A stretch of DNA of 64,000 bases from a virus, in IMG/VR virus record IMGVR_UViG_3300036859_000864, positions 32,001 to 96,000 of that record. One strand, given 5' to 3'. Below, in pieces: positions 31,089 through 40,382 of this stretch; within the stretch, counting starts at the first letter, position 1; each line of letters begins with the position of its first letter. Made by a program: the position numbers and the translations under genes. The notes beneath the pieces are model-generated. The model worked only from the letters and a program-made list of their open reading frames with translations. It had not been told where the DNA came from and ran no database searches.

Positions 31089-31362
31089 ACTCCGACGTGA
31101 AGCTGATCAAGCACACCGCCGAGTGCGATCATCCAGACGACCCTTCGTTCCCTTTCAAGCTCCACCTGGTGATGCGTCCGCCGGAGTTCATGATCGTGAC
31201 CTTCGTGATACTCTACGGCGGTACCGAAGAGGTGATCGCCCGCGGACGCTCGCTCGAGGCGCTTTCCGAATGGGCGGACGAGAACGGCCTCAAGGAGCAC
31301 TCTCGCTTTTTACGATACACCATCACAAATGAGAACGACGCCGTCGTCGAGGAGAAGAAGAG

Positions 31363-31782
31363 ATGAGCACAGCAACCGCAACGAAGAAGCCGGAACCTGA
31401 GAAGCACACGTTCACACTCACCGTCGAAGTCAGCCCCGGTTGGGTCGAGTATCTGACGGAGTACGGCGACATTTTCGCATCAGATCGAGCCGGCTACTGG
31501 CTCCGCGGCGTCGAGCATGAGCCCAAGCTCGGCTGGCTTTGCTGGGAGGACGACGACAAGTGCCGTCCCGGCAAGGAACCCAATCGCCAGGTCGCCCTGA
31601 CGGCGTGGCGCGCCGGCGAAGCGCTCCCCGAGCACTGGTTCCGTCTCGACCGATCCGCCGCGCTGCGCGCTTGGGAGGGAGGAGTCAAGCGCTGGGGCGT
31701 AGACTGGTACGAGGAAGTCGATGCGATTCGCGAAGACGCCGTCGTGCAGCTCGCGCTCCTCGGAGAAACTCGATACGGCTGA
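31363..31782 (+). CDS. hypothetical protein
   Basis: 139-aa ORF ending DAVVQLALLGETRYG, a phage-type C-terminal motif. Confidence 0.65.
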   Translation: MSTATATKKPEPEKHTFTLTVEVSPGWVEYLTEYGDIFASDRAGYWLRGVEHEPKLGWLCWEDDDKCRPGKEPNRQVALTAWRAGEALPEHWFRLDRSAALRAWEGGVKRWGVDWYEEVDAIREDAVVQLALLGETRYG

Positions 31783-31787
31783 AAGAA

Positions 31788-32068
31788 AGGCACTCGAGTC
31801 GAGAGAGGGGTAAGAGCCCAAGCGGGTCGCGCCTAGTCGGTACCCGAAGCGCGTCACGTGCGGTCAAAGAATGCTAACGGCTAGCCGCGCTCTTACCTCT
31901 CCCTTGACTCGAGTGTCTCGCCCGAGCTACCAACCCGCCGCCACTCGACGAGGCGCGGCAGCGCTTTCAACGAGACGGGGGCACCGCGCCATGTGGGAGG
32001 TACGGTGCCCTTCCCGGCCCTCCTAGACGGGTATGTAGTAGGCCCCCTCTGAGAGATCCCAGTAGCTC
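31788..32068 (+). ncRNA. candidate structured non-coding RNA
   Basis: 30-bp inverted repeat 31788-31817/31889-31918 with three G-U pairs; second multibranch domain closed by GAGCTAC/GTAGCTC; lies between convergent genes. Confidence 0.45.
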
Positions 32069-32186
32069 CCTTCAGGCCAACTCGCAGGGCCGATTTGAGA
32101 ATCGAACGCGACGTGAGCAGTGACGTAGTCGAGCCAGCCTCCGCCGACCGCCCCGGCCATGATCGATTGCCACTGCTTGACGGCGC

Positions 32187-32978
32187 TCATTTCTTCTCTT
32201 CGACGAAAACCGACACGCCGATCTTGCCCTCGGCGTGCTTCTCGACGAGGGACACGAACACGCGGCCGTCCGAACCGTGCTCCGTGCGCTTGAACCCGGG
32301 GACGATCTCCGGGTACTTACCAATCTCGGAGGCGATGCCTTGAGCCGACGATACGATGTTCGGAGGGATCTCCTTGGGGCCTGCCCGTCGGTATCCTGGG
32401 AGCTCCTTCTTCGAGTGATCGGGGCGGTTGGCCATCATCTTCACCCACAGGTCTGCGCGCTGCCAGTCGCGGTCTGAGGGCACGCACTTGCCACCGCTCG
32501 CGTAGCTCGCGAACGTCTTCGCGACGCGCGTACGGTCGGCGTGGACGCCGATGAACACCCCGCACTGCCGCGCCTGCGCCACGACGACGCGGAGGCCGTA
32601 CTGCGCGCACAGGCGCATGGGGTCGGAGCCGGGACCCGCCAGGTGCTCCCACACGTCCTGCGGAACGAGTCCGGACACGTGGAGTTGCATGCCGCACCGC
32701 GCGAGGCCGTGGTCCTGGTTCCAGATCGGGTGCTGCTCGCCGACTTGAATACGCTTGTCGAGAAGCGTTTCGCTGTACCAGATAATGGCACCGGCGGCGG
32801 CAAGTTCGGTGGACGTCCAGCCAGTCCCGTTGGCGTACGGAGTGGCTTCTTCGGCCAAGTCCGTAGCGACCTCCCCGGCACGGGTGATGTACTCCTCACG
32901 TGTTTCGCCTGGCGCGTGGGACCCCGGCAGCTTCATCAATTCGGCGGCAAGCCACGCCGCAACTACTGCTGTTTTCAC
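32187..32978 (-). CDS. putative lysozyme-like (lytic transglycosylase-fold) protein with C-terminal accessory domain
   Basis: Helix ending in SE, then DHGLARCGMQL, then an ASYASG helix; hydrophobic N-terminus. Confidence 0.45.
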   Translation of the reverse strand: MKTAVVAAWLAAELMKLPGSHAPGETREEYITRAGEVATDLAEEATPYANGTGWTSTELAAAGAIIWYSETLLDKRIQVGEQHPIWNQDHGLARCGMQLHVSGLVPQDVWEHLAGPGSDPMRLCAQYGLRVVVAQARQCGVFIGVHADRTRVAKTFASYASGGKCVPSDRDWQRADLWVKMMANRPDHSKKELPGYRRAGPKEIPPNIVSSAQGIASEIGKYPEIVPGFKRTEHGSDGRVFVSLVEKHAEGKIGVSVFVEEKK

Positions 32979-33103
32979 GAGAATCCTCCGCGCTCGCGCC
33001 CGAAGGCGTGGTGTATGTTCGACATGACACACACCCTAGCCAGCGACGCGGGGAGCGTCAACGGGCTAAGATACCGCACCAGCCCACTAGGCGGGGGATC
33101 ATC

Positions 33104-33472
33104 ATGCCCGACGTACTGCACAGTGAGACCTGCGTTTGCGGCGGCAACAACTGGCACATGATGGTGGACCGCGTGATCTGGTGTCGCAGATGCGGGTGTC
33201 TGCGCCTCGTCTTCGAGAAGCTCTGGAAGGTGCCTCTGGATCAAGCAGGCGCGTTGCCGGCGGCAGCCTACGTCGTCAACGAGCGTGAAGATCCGCCGAC
33301 GCTGCCAGGAACGCCTCACGCTTTGAAGACCTCGAGCCGCACTGACGTGGTGGCAGTACAGTCGCGCGAGTTCACGGCTCCCGGCGGGTTCAAGCCCCCG
33401 TCCGTGCCGCTCGTTCGAATGACTCCTACGCCTACGATCCCGCTTCCGGGGAAGAAGAACGATCCGCGTTAG
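33104..33472 (+). CDS. zinc-ribbon protein with Pro-rich tail
   Basis: CVCG...WCRRCG; lone plus-strand gene inside a minus-strand block. Confidence 0.5.
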   Translation: MPDVLHSETCVCGGNNWHMMVDRVIWCRRCGCLRLVFEKLWKVPLDQAGALPAAAYVVNEREDPPTLPGTPHALKTSSRTDVVAVQSREFTAPGGFKPPSVPLVRMTPTPTIPLPGKKNDPR

Positions 33473-34167
33473 ACGGCTGGAACGGAGAGCGAGCTCATCG
33501 TCTCGAGGAACCGTTGCCCCTCACGAATCACGTGCTCGGCGAGCACCGGATGAATGACGGACTTCCCACTCGAGGCCGATACCGGCTGCGTGCGAAAATA
33601 CGTGTCGAGGCGTGTGCCGGCCTTGAGACCGAGATTGATGTAGTCCTGCGTGAGCGCGTGGCATCCGCCTTTCAGATTGTAGAATTCGCTGACGATCCCT
33701 TGGGCGTCGGCGACGAGAGAGGTCGCAGAAGGATCGAGGAGATGCGCGGCGAACTCGGCGTGCTCACGCATGAACGTGATGTTCTGACAGTACGTGAGCT
33801 CGGCCGGAAGGCCGCCCTCCCAAACACGCGCGACGAAGTAGATGAGCTCACGCAGCGTGTGATCGATGAACAACGGGAAGAGCCATCCCATCCACTTGCC
33901 GGATTTTTGGAGATCGAGCACTTCTTGCGTGAAGGAGGCCAGGTTCTTCGTAGGCTCCGAAACGATCGCCTTCGCCGCGTCGAGACCTTGCGACTTCGTG
34001 AGCCACGCCCGTGCGTGCTCCCAGTTCTCGTGGAGCGCAGCGGCTCGAGTCTTGTACGGTTCGACCTCCAATCCGAGGTTCAAGAACAGCGCGTGCTCGG
34101 AGAGCTGGCGCGACCAAAATATGATGTCTCCTAGCGGATCCAATGACGGCATGGGTCTCCTACTCAA
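33469..34167 (-). CDS. DUF2935 domain protein
   Basis: FWSRQLSEHALFL...FIDHTLRE...MREHAEF..HLLDP...SVIHPVLAEHVIREG, a duplicated EH/HxxRE helical unit. Confidence 0.8.
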   Translation of the reverse strand: MSRRPMPSLDPLGDIIFWSRQLSEHALFLNLGLEVEPYKTRAAALHENWEHARAWLTKSQGLDAAKAIVSEPTKNLASFTQEVLDLQKSGKWMGWLFPLFIDHTLRELIYFVARVWEGGLPAELTYCQNITFMREHAEFAAHLLDPSATSLVADAQGIVSEFYNLKGGCHALTQDYINLGLKAGTRLDTYFRTQPVSASSGKSVIHPVLAEHVIREGQRFLETMSSLSVPAV

Positions 34168-34528
34168 GCCCGACCACGACGATGGCCGGGAACTCTGTCG
34201 CCTTCAAGTTGTAGAGCGCGACGAAGCGGTGGGCCCCCTCGATGATGAAGGGCCCCTTCTCGTCGACGCCGATGATCAGCGGGTTGATCTCTCGAGATTC
34301 TTCGATCGCGCCAGAGAGCCGCTCGCTTCGCGCGAAGTCGTCGGCGGCGTAGAACACGGATCTCGGGCCGCCGAAGTCGGACATCGGTACGACGCGCACA
34401 CCGGGGAGCGTTTCCGACTCGGCCATGTACCCGTCGATCGAGCTGAGGTTCGGTACGTGATCTCGAACCGTCAGGCCGCCGACGACGTCGCCGGCGACCG
34501 GGTACCGCGCGCTTGTGCTCGCGATCAG
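34160..34528 (-). CDS. ParB/Srx-like domain; probably the frameshifted C-terminal module of the upstream protein
   Basis: LSGAIEESREINPLII...FIIEGAHRFVAL; the frame stays open and coding-like upstream of ATG 34426 to ~34582 with no ATG/GTG/TTG. Confidence 0.65.
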   Translation of the reverse strand: MIASTSARYPVAGDVVGGLTVRDHVPNLSSIDGYMAESETLPGVRVVPMSDFGGPRSVFYAADDFARSERLSGAIEESREINPLIIGVDEKGPFIIEGAHRFVALYNLKATEFPAIVVVGLE

Positions 34529-35883
34529 GCCCTCGAGCGACGAGTCGGCGAGCGCGAGTGGCGCCGCGCCGACCCTGCGGCTTTTGGGTGGCGACGACTC
34601 GACTCGTGCACGCCGGTACCGTTCCTAGCCGCTGCGACGCGCTCGGCGATCTCTCGGTCGCGGGCGCGTGTGAAGTTGCCTGTCCAGGCCGCCCAAGGGC
34701 GCCCCTGAGGCTTGAAGATGTCTACTTGCAACACCGAGTTGCCGGGCTCCCCGGGATGGTGGACGACCCAAGTTTCGGTCGATGCGTTCAACGTCTTGCT
34801 GGGAACGCCAACCCTCAATCGTCGCGCCTCCAAGCCGCCGTCGATGGTGAGCGTCGTCGGTCCGGAGGCGGGCGCGCCACGACGCGCTTCGCTCGCATGT
34901 GACGCAACGTCAGGCACGATTTTCACAGTGTACCCGCGTCCGGTCAGTTCGACTGCGATCTTGTCCGCTTTCTCGCGCGGGTACGATCGACGGTTCAGCC
35001 ATCGGATCGGTTGGCCGGTGTCGACGTTGATGATCTTGAACAATGATCCTCTACGAGGCGCAGCGACCACACCTCGACGCGCTTCGCCGACGCCCCCGCC
35101 GCGCATCTCCTGTTTGATCTGCAAGAGCTCGTCCGCGAGCCAATCGCGCGTCTTCGGATCTTGCAAGGCGCCTTTGAAACCGATCCAAAACTCACGCACC
35201 GTCTCGCGTCCGCCTGTCGCCGTCCCGGGCCCGAAAACGCCCCCAGCCAGATCGAGGATGTCGTTATCGCCGAGGCCCCGCTCCGTGTCCCACACGAGCT
35301 GTTGAAGCATGTTTTTCGCGATCACCGTCGCGTCTGACTTCGTCTCGAGCGGGAGCATCTGAGACGGATCCGCGCGTTCTGCTTCGAGCATCTGCTCGCG
35401 GACCCAGTCCATGAAGTATCCGCCTTGGAGTTGATCGTTGGCGTACTGCTCACCGGCGGCTTCGGCGTTGGGGGCGTCGCCCGTCTCACGTGCGGTCGGA
35501 ACTCTACGTTTGATCGGCACAGTCGACTCGCCGTAGTAGCGAAACGTCTTTCGCCCCCCACCGATATCCACTTCGACGTTACGGTATCCGCGTTGGTCGC
35601 TATCGGACACAGAGACTACGGTAGCTTCTCCGGATTTGTCGTAGATGACGTCTCCGACGCGAAGATCATCCACGTAAATATGCTGATCTCGGCGGCGATC
35701 TCTCTTCGCGTTTTCTCGTGTTGTCTTTCGAGTCATCGTGCTCTCCTTCTCGTGTCCTTGGTAGCCGTGTGAGTAGGCCGCCCGTCCTTGCTTCTCGGCC
35801 TTCTGGCGTGCGCCGGGGCCGCAGTAAACCTTCCCGTGGGAGCCCCACTGGTAGCAACCGCGGCCTCTAGAGTGGACGGGCAT
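34525..35883 (-). CDS. modular polyprotein-like protein (~5 small domains, x-x-E-ARR linkers)
   Basis: N-terminal MPVH...YQWGSHGKVYCG module; linkers TARE, GVGEARRGVVAAPRR, HASEARRGAP, GVHESSRR. Confidence 0.75.
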   Translation of the reverse strand: MPVHSRGRGCYQWGSHGKVYCGPGARQKAEKQGRAAYSHGYQGHEKESTMTRKTTRENAKRDRRRDQHIYVDDLRVGDVIYDKSGEATVVSVSDSDQRGYRNVEVDIGGGRKTFRYYGESTVPIKRRVPTARETGDAPNAEAAGEQYANDQLQGGYFMDWVREQMLEAERADPSQMLPLETKSDATVIAKNMLQQLVWDTERGLGDNDILDLAGGVFGPGTATGGRETVREFWIGFKGALQDPKTRDWLADELLQIKQEMRGGGVGEARRGVVAAPRRGSLFKIINVDTGQPIRWLNRRSYPREKADKIAVELTGRGYTVKIVPDVASHASEARRGAPASGPTTLTIDGGLEARRLRVGVPSKTLNASTETWVVHHPGEPGNSVLQVDIFKPQGRPWAAWTGNFTRARDREIAERVAAARNGTGVHESSRRHPKAAGSARRHSRSPTRRSRA

Positions 35884-35887
35884 AGTC

Positions 35888-37024
35888 CTACCGTCTTCGT
35901 GTCGATCGTCGAGCGTTCGGATTGTGCGCGCTGCGCGTCGGGCGCGGTGCCTCGTCCATGCGCGCGCCTTTGATGCGCGAGCCGCGCGGGTAAAAACCCG
36001 CGTTCTTGCCGCGGGCGAGGTCGGTCTGCGCCCGCTCGATTGTCGGAGCCGTGATGTGCGAGATCACCCGACCGTCTGGGTTCACGACCTCGAACTGTTT
36101 CCCGTGCCCCGATTCGCGCGCTCTAGGAGGCGCCTGACGGCCGCCGGAGGGCACGAAACGAACGACCCCCCGAACTCGCTCGGCCTCGGTCTTCGCGTCC
36201 CCGTAGCTCTTGAACGGGCCGGCGATGACGCGGTTGTGGTTGTCGAGGGCCTCGTAGTCTCGGACGGCATGGCGCCGAGGGGCTCCTCGCCGGGCTTCGG
36301 TGTCTCCAGGGAGGTACATGGCGTTCCGAGGAAGCTGGGCGATGATGCTGCGCGCACCAGGCCCCTGCGCGTGCCAGTAGCCTTCTTTTTGCCAGACGGT
36401 GGCCACGTAGTATCCGTTGTCCGGACACGGGAAGTAGATCCGCGTGTTGGCACCGGCGCCCGATACATGCGTGGCGCCGTCGACGGTGGCCGCATGCTCG
36501 ATGAGATCTTGGAGCGTGCCGAAGTCAGAGACACGGTGAGTACGCGACGCTGAACGGCGCGGGGCTGCGACGACGCCACGGCGCCGACTCTCGCCCACGT
36601 GCGCGTCCAGAGGCGACCCGTAGATGAGTGTCTCACCGTCCTCGTCCGGATCGCCGACGTACAGATCGAACTCGCCGTACTCGTGGGCGCCGTCTGTCAG
36701 CTTGGTCGCGTCCGGCTCGGGCCAGTCGCCGTCCCAAAAGCCGGCGCCGGCGCCGTTGCGCGTCAGCCAGAAGTCATGACCGGCTAGCTCGAGGTTGCCT
36801 CCGATGAGCTCTCCGAAACGCTCTTGGAAGGAAGCACAGTCGGCGATCATCTTGTCGCGTGTCGCGTCGTCGATGTCTCCGACGTCGTAGTTCTTGTCGA
36901 GCGGCTCGCCCCCCTGATCGTCCGAGTTGTCCGAGCTCGCCCAGAGGGCCGTTTCGAAGTACGCGCGGGTGAAAGAATCCATGCGCTGGGGCGCACGGGC
37001 GGTGTGTCGTCTGCGAGCGGCCAT
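35888..37024 (-). CDS. modular polyprotein-like protein (acidic HDFWLTRNG domain plus further modules)
   Basis: AGHDFWLTRNGAGAGFWDGDW domain; linkers HVGESRRRGVVAAPRR, DTEARRGAPRR, RARESG, RMDEAPR; Arg-rich termini. Confidence 0.8.
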   Translation of the reverse strand: MAARRRHTARAPQRMDSFTRAYFETALWASSDNSDDQGGEPLDKNYDVGDIDDATRDKMIADCASFQERFGELIGGNLELAGHDFWLTRNGAGAGFWDGDWPEPDATKLTDGAHEYGEFDLYVGDPDEDGETLIYGSPLDAHVGESRRRGVVAAPRRSASRTHRVSDFGTLQDLIEHAATVDGATHVSGAGANTRIYFPCPDNGYYVATVWQKEGYWHAQGPGARSIIAQLPRNAMYLPGDTEARRGAPRRHAVRDYEALDNHNRVIAGPFKSYGDAKTEAERVRGVVRFVPSGGRQAPPRARESGHGKQFEVVNPDGRVISHITAPTIERAQTDLARGKNAGFYPRGSRIKGARMDEAPRPTRSAHNPNARRSTRRR

Positions 37025-37689
37025 TAGCGTCTCCTCTTGGAGGTTCTGAGCGCAGTTTTCCTACGCGCGATGCGCTTGCTTCGTTGCGCGTCGGTTTGGG
37101 TCAACCGATCGATGTACGACTTGGCGACGATGATCGCCTTCGTTTCAGTGCCGCCGTATCCGACCTGTTCGGCTTCGACGCCGGTAGCTCCGTTTTCGGA
37201 TTCGTACGGGCTGTAGACGACGGCGGCGAAGTACCCCTTCTCGCCCTGATGGGGGCGTTCTTTGGGAGGTACTGGATCGTGATAGACCTCGAATTTGATA
37301 CCCTTGTACTCACCCGTGTGTTGAAGCGATGCCTTCGGACCGAGCGCGCCGGTGACGAGCGTCGGAAGACTGGGGGCTTCCTCCTCTTCTTCGCTCATCA
37401 AACCGCGAACGAGCTCCTCGACATCTTGCTTGTCTTGGATGGCGGCGATCATGCGTCCGAGCTGGTCGAGTTCGTGCCACCCGATGCCCCCCAAAGGCTC
37501 GAAGCCCATGTCCTCGAGCTCCTCGCCGCCGGGCACGCTTGCGAGAAGTCGGAACACCGTCGTCGGGTAGTCGTTCGGACCGTGGTCGTAGTTCGGGAGC
37601 CACGACCTGAGCTCCGCGATCATGTCGGCGATCGGGGGGCGGGGTTTCGAGGTGTTCGCGTGCATTCTTCTTCGGGTTGCCATGGTCAT
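37024..37689 (-). CDS. two-domain protein with Arg-rich termini
   Basis: MATRRR...LMSEEEEE...TSKRRR; ATG 37689 is coupled. Confidence 0.7.
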   Translation of the reverse strand: MTMATRRRMHANTSKPRPPIADMIAELRSWLPNYDHGPNDYPTTVFRLLASVPGGEELEDMGFEPLGGIGWHELDQLGRMIAAIQDKQDVEELVRGLMSEEEEEAPSLPTLVTGALGPKASLQHTGEYKGIKFEVYHDPVPPKERPHQGEKGYFAAVVYSPYESENGATGVEAEQVGYGGTETKAIIVAKSYIDRLTQTDAQRSKRIARRKTALRTSKRRR

Positions 37690-39227
37690 CGTCTCCTTCG
37701 CGGGCTGCGCCGCTCTTGCATTCCGTCTTCGGGCCTCGAGCTCCACACGAGTTCACCGTCGCGTGTGATTACCGTCACGTAGTCCCCTTCGAACGTCGGG
37801 TCTCGGAGCAACTTCTGCGCGGCGCGGATTGCTGCTTGCTCATCGTTCAACGAGAACGTTTCGCCACCACCGCCGCCCAAACCTCCGACGATGGTTCCGT
37901 CGCTGTACGCCCCCTGCACGACGTAGTCGCCATCGTCGACATGGGCGTTCGAATCTTTCTTACCCCAAATGGAGGCGTAACCGCTCGTTGAGCTCGCGAT
38001 CTCATCGTTGCGGTCTTTCGGCCACCAGTCGATGCCCTGAGCGGCTTCCTTGACCGTTTCGATCGGCAACTCCATATCGTGCGCTACGGCACGGATGGCG
38101 GAGTCGGGGCTGACGTGTTCTTCGGTGGTCGGTACCCTACCCCCGAGATCGGTCAGCTCGTAGCCGTCCTTCTCGAGGTCGGCCTCTACGCCGGACTCGG
38201 TTCGCTCGCTCTCCAGATCACCGTTGACGGCCACGGCGTCTCCGAACGAAGCGACACCGACGAGCGAATCTGAATCGAAGCCATCTCGAGCGGCGTCGTC
38301 CGCGTGCTGATCGCCGATCGTGCTCCACGTCTGCGCAGCGCCGATGTCGGCCATTTCCTCGACTTTCTTTTCGAGGTTGCTTCGGATGTCGCTGTACCCT
38401 AGGACGTCGTCCTTGAACGATTCGTCTTCGTCTGCGAGGTACTCGCGGAGTGTTGCGGTCGCGCCGCTCGACCACTTCACTTCGTGATCGGGAAGATCTC
38501 CAGACCAGCCGGAAGGCCCCTCGTCGACACCAGTGCCGTAGTCCATGAGCGCGCTCGCGATCGTGAGCGCGCGCTGAGTTGGTGTGAGATCCTCGAGCTG
38601 GTTGTGATCCATCCCGATGAAGCTCATGACGTTCGAGATGTTCTCCTTGTTCGTGAGATCGTCGAGATCGTAGTACGCCTCGCGGGTCCAAAACGGGAAG
38701 CCGGCTTCGGCCGCTTCCGTGTCGCCGACGTACTCACGCACCGGTTGGATCTTGAAGAGCTCGAGGGCTCTGCCGTCGCTCTTGGCGATGGTGCCGCCGT
38801 GCGCACCGGGATCCATGTCGCCGTCGATCTGCTCCCACATCGGCATGTCCGGGATCTGAATTTCCAGCTTCCCGGGGATGTCAGGGAAGCCCGGCAGGCT
38901 CGGTTGGTGGCGGCTCCTCACCCTCCGTCCTTTTCCACGCTCGTGCATCTCCCCGCCGCTCGCCGCACCCTCGTCCGGGCGCGAGAACCGCTCGAGGTGC
39001 CCCGCGTCGGCCGTGAACGGATCGGCCGTCCTCGAGCGCCCGCGTCCCGTCGAGCCCGGAGGCCAGATGCGGATCGAGCGCGCCTTGGCCTCGTAGCTGT
39101 ACGGCGTGCCGCTTCCGGGGCGCAGCATGGTCGGCCGTTGATCCATCGGTGCCTGGTAGTAGAGCGGGCCTCCCGTGCGCGCGTACGCGAGAACTTCAGG
39201 CCACGACTTGAAGGCTACAAGGTTCAT
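37686..39227 (-). CDS. large acidic modular protein
   Basis: Linkers EMHERGKGRR and GMQERRSPRRRR; D/E-rich core. Confidence 0.75.
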   Translation of the reverse strand: MNLVAFKSWPEVLAYARTGGPLYYQAPMDQRPTMLRPGSGTPYSYEAKARSIRIWPPGSTGRGRSRTADPFTADAGHLERFSRPDEGAASGGEMHERGKGRRVRSRHQPSLPGFPDIPGKLEIQIPDMPMWEQIDGDMDPGAHGGTIAKSDGRALELFKIQPVREYVGDTEAAEAGFPFWTREAYYDLDDLTNKENISNVMSFIGMDHNQLEDLTPTQRALTIASALMDYGTGVDEGPSGWSGDLPDHEVKWSSGATATLREYLADEDESFKDDVLGYSDIRSNLEKKVEEMADIGAAQTWSTIGDQHADDAARDGFDSDSLVGVASFGDAVAVNGDLESERTESGVEADLEKDGYELTDLGGRVPTTEEHVSPDSAIRAVAHDMELPIETVKEAAQGIDWWPKDRNDEIASSTSGYASIWGKKDSNAHVDDGDYVVQGAYSDGTIVGGLGGGGGETFSLNDEQAAIRAAQKLLRDPTFEGDYVTVITRDGELVWSSRPEDGMQERRSPRRRR

Positions 39228-39952
39228 CAGTTGTCTCTCCAGTAAACGAACCCGGACGGGGTCGTGTAGTAGTTGCTGTCGTAGCGCGCGAGGAAGTGCT
39301 CGGCGCCGTCTGTGTCGACGGCCTCCTCGGCCGCCGCTTCGATGTCGATGCCGGCGATCTCGATGGCCTTCGCGGCGGCCTCGTCACCGTAGATCTCTTC
39401 GAGATACTCGAGCGGGTCGTTGAGACGCTCTTCGGCGATCTTCGAGGCGACGTCGTCGATGTAGTCCTCGGGGTCGGGCATCTCGCCCTCGCTGTCTTCC
39501 TCGGGGATGCTGTCGAGGTAGCGCTCCGCCGTCTGCCAGAATTGACGGCTGGACATCTCGCGAAGATCGTCCTCCGCCATACTCTGCACGTCAGACTTGA
39601 GCTCTCGACGCAAGCGATCCTTGTCGATGTGGTTCTCGATGAAGTCCTTGTTGAAGTTCCCGGGCTCTTCTTCGAGATCTTGCGTGACAACTTCGATGGC
39701 CAGCTCGTACATCTTGTCGTGACTTTCCACGACATGCCATTCCTTGCCGCCCGTACGATCGCCTCGAAAATAAATTCGGTAGGCGGTGCCGTCGAAATCT
39801 CCGAAACCTGTAAGCTGAGTGCTCTCTTCGATTTTCAAATCGTACGGGTCGATGTCAAGGTGCTTCGCCACCTCGATGAGCACCGCGTCTTGATCGTCGA
39901 AGTCGACCTTGCGCGGGCGCCGCTTCGCTGCCTTTTTCTTTCGGGTAGCCAT
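39227..39952 (-). CDS. highly acidic protein, putative ArdA-like DNA mimic
   Basis: Basic N-tail MATRKKKAAKRRPRK followed by a D/E-rich body ending IDIEAAAEEAVDTDGAEHFLARYD; start trimmed to 39952. Confidence 0.5.
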   Translation of the reverse strand: MATRKKKAAKRRPRKVDFDDQDAVLIEVAKHLDIDPYDLKIEESTQLTGFGDFDGTAYRIYFRGDRTGGKEWHVVESHDKMYELAIEVVTQDLEEEPGNFNKDFIENHIDKDRLRRELKSDVQSMAEDDLREMSSRQFWQTAERYLDSIPEEDSEGEMPDPEDYIDDVASKIAEERLNDPLEYLEEIYGDEAAAKAIEIAGIDIEAAAEEAVDTDGAEHFLARYDSNYYTTPSGFVYWRDN

Positions 39953-39953
39953 C

Positions 39954-40382
39954 TCAGTCGTCCTCCTCTTCGAACTCGTCTTCGTCTTCATCGTCGTCAT
40001 CGTCATCCTCATCGTCGTCGTCGACGTCCTCGAACTCAGATTCGATTTCCTTCCACGCCGCTTCGGCTTTCGTCTTGCCGTCGAATCCGGTGAACCAGTC
40101 GGCCTCAACGATGCCATCTTCACGTTCGCAGAGAATCACCACCGAGGTGTCATCGAGCAGAGCGCCCTCCGCGCCGGTGAGCTGATCCTTCTCCTCTTTC
40201 GCGATCTCGTTGATGCGATCGACGACGTCAGGAGTGATTTCTACGAAACCGTACCAGCCGTCACCTTCGGAGCCTTCCTCCCGATCGGCGCCGCCATCGA
40301 GCGTCAACTCGTAGACGTAGCTGTCGATGATTTTGATGAACTTGCCGGGCCCGTACGAACGAATTCCTGTTTTGATCGGCAT
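39954..40382 (-). CDS. highly acidic protein with poly-D/E tail
   Basis: GPGKF...; C-terminus is almost entirely D/E. Confidence 0.65.
   Translation of the reverse strand: MPIKTGIRSYGPGKFIKIIDSYVYELTLDGGADREEGSEGDGWYGFVEITPDVVDRINEIAKEEKDQLTGAEGALLDDTSVVILCEREDGIVEADWFTGFDGKTKAEAAWKEIESEFEDVDDDDEDDDDDDEDEDEFEEEDD

Noticed and set aside
31788-31918. Retron or DGR
   Set aside because: There is no reverse transcriptase in the window and no TR/VR pair was noticed; kept only as a structured RNA candidate.
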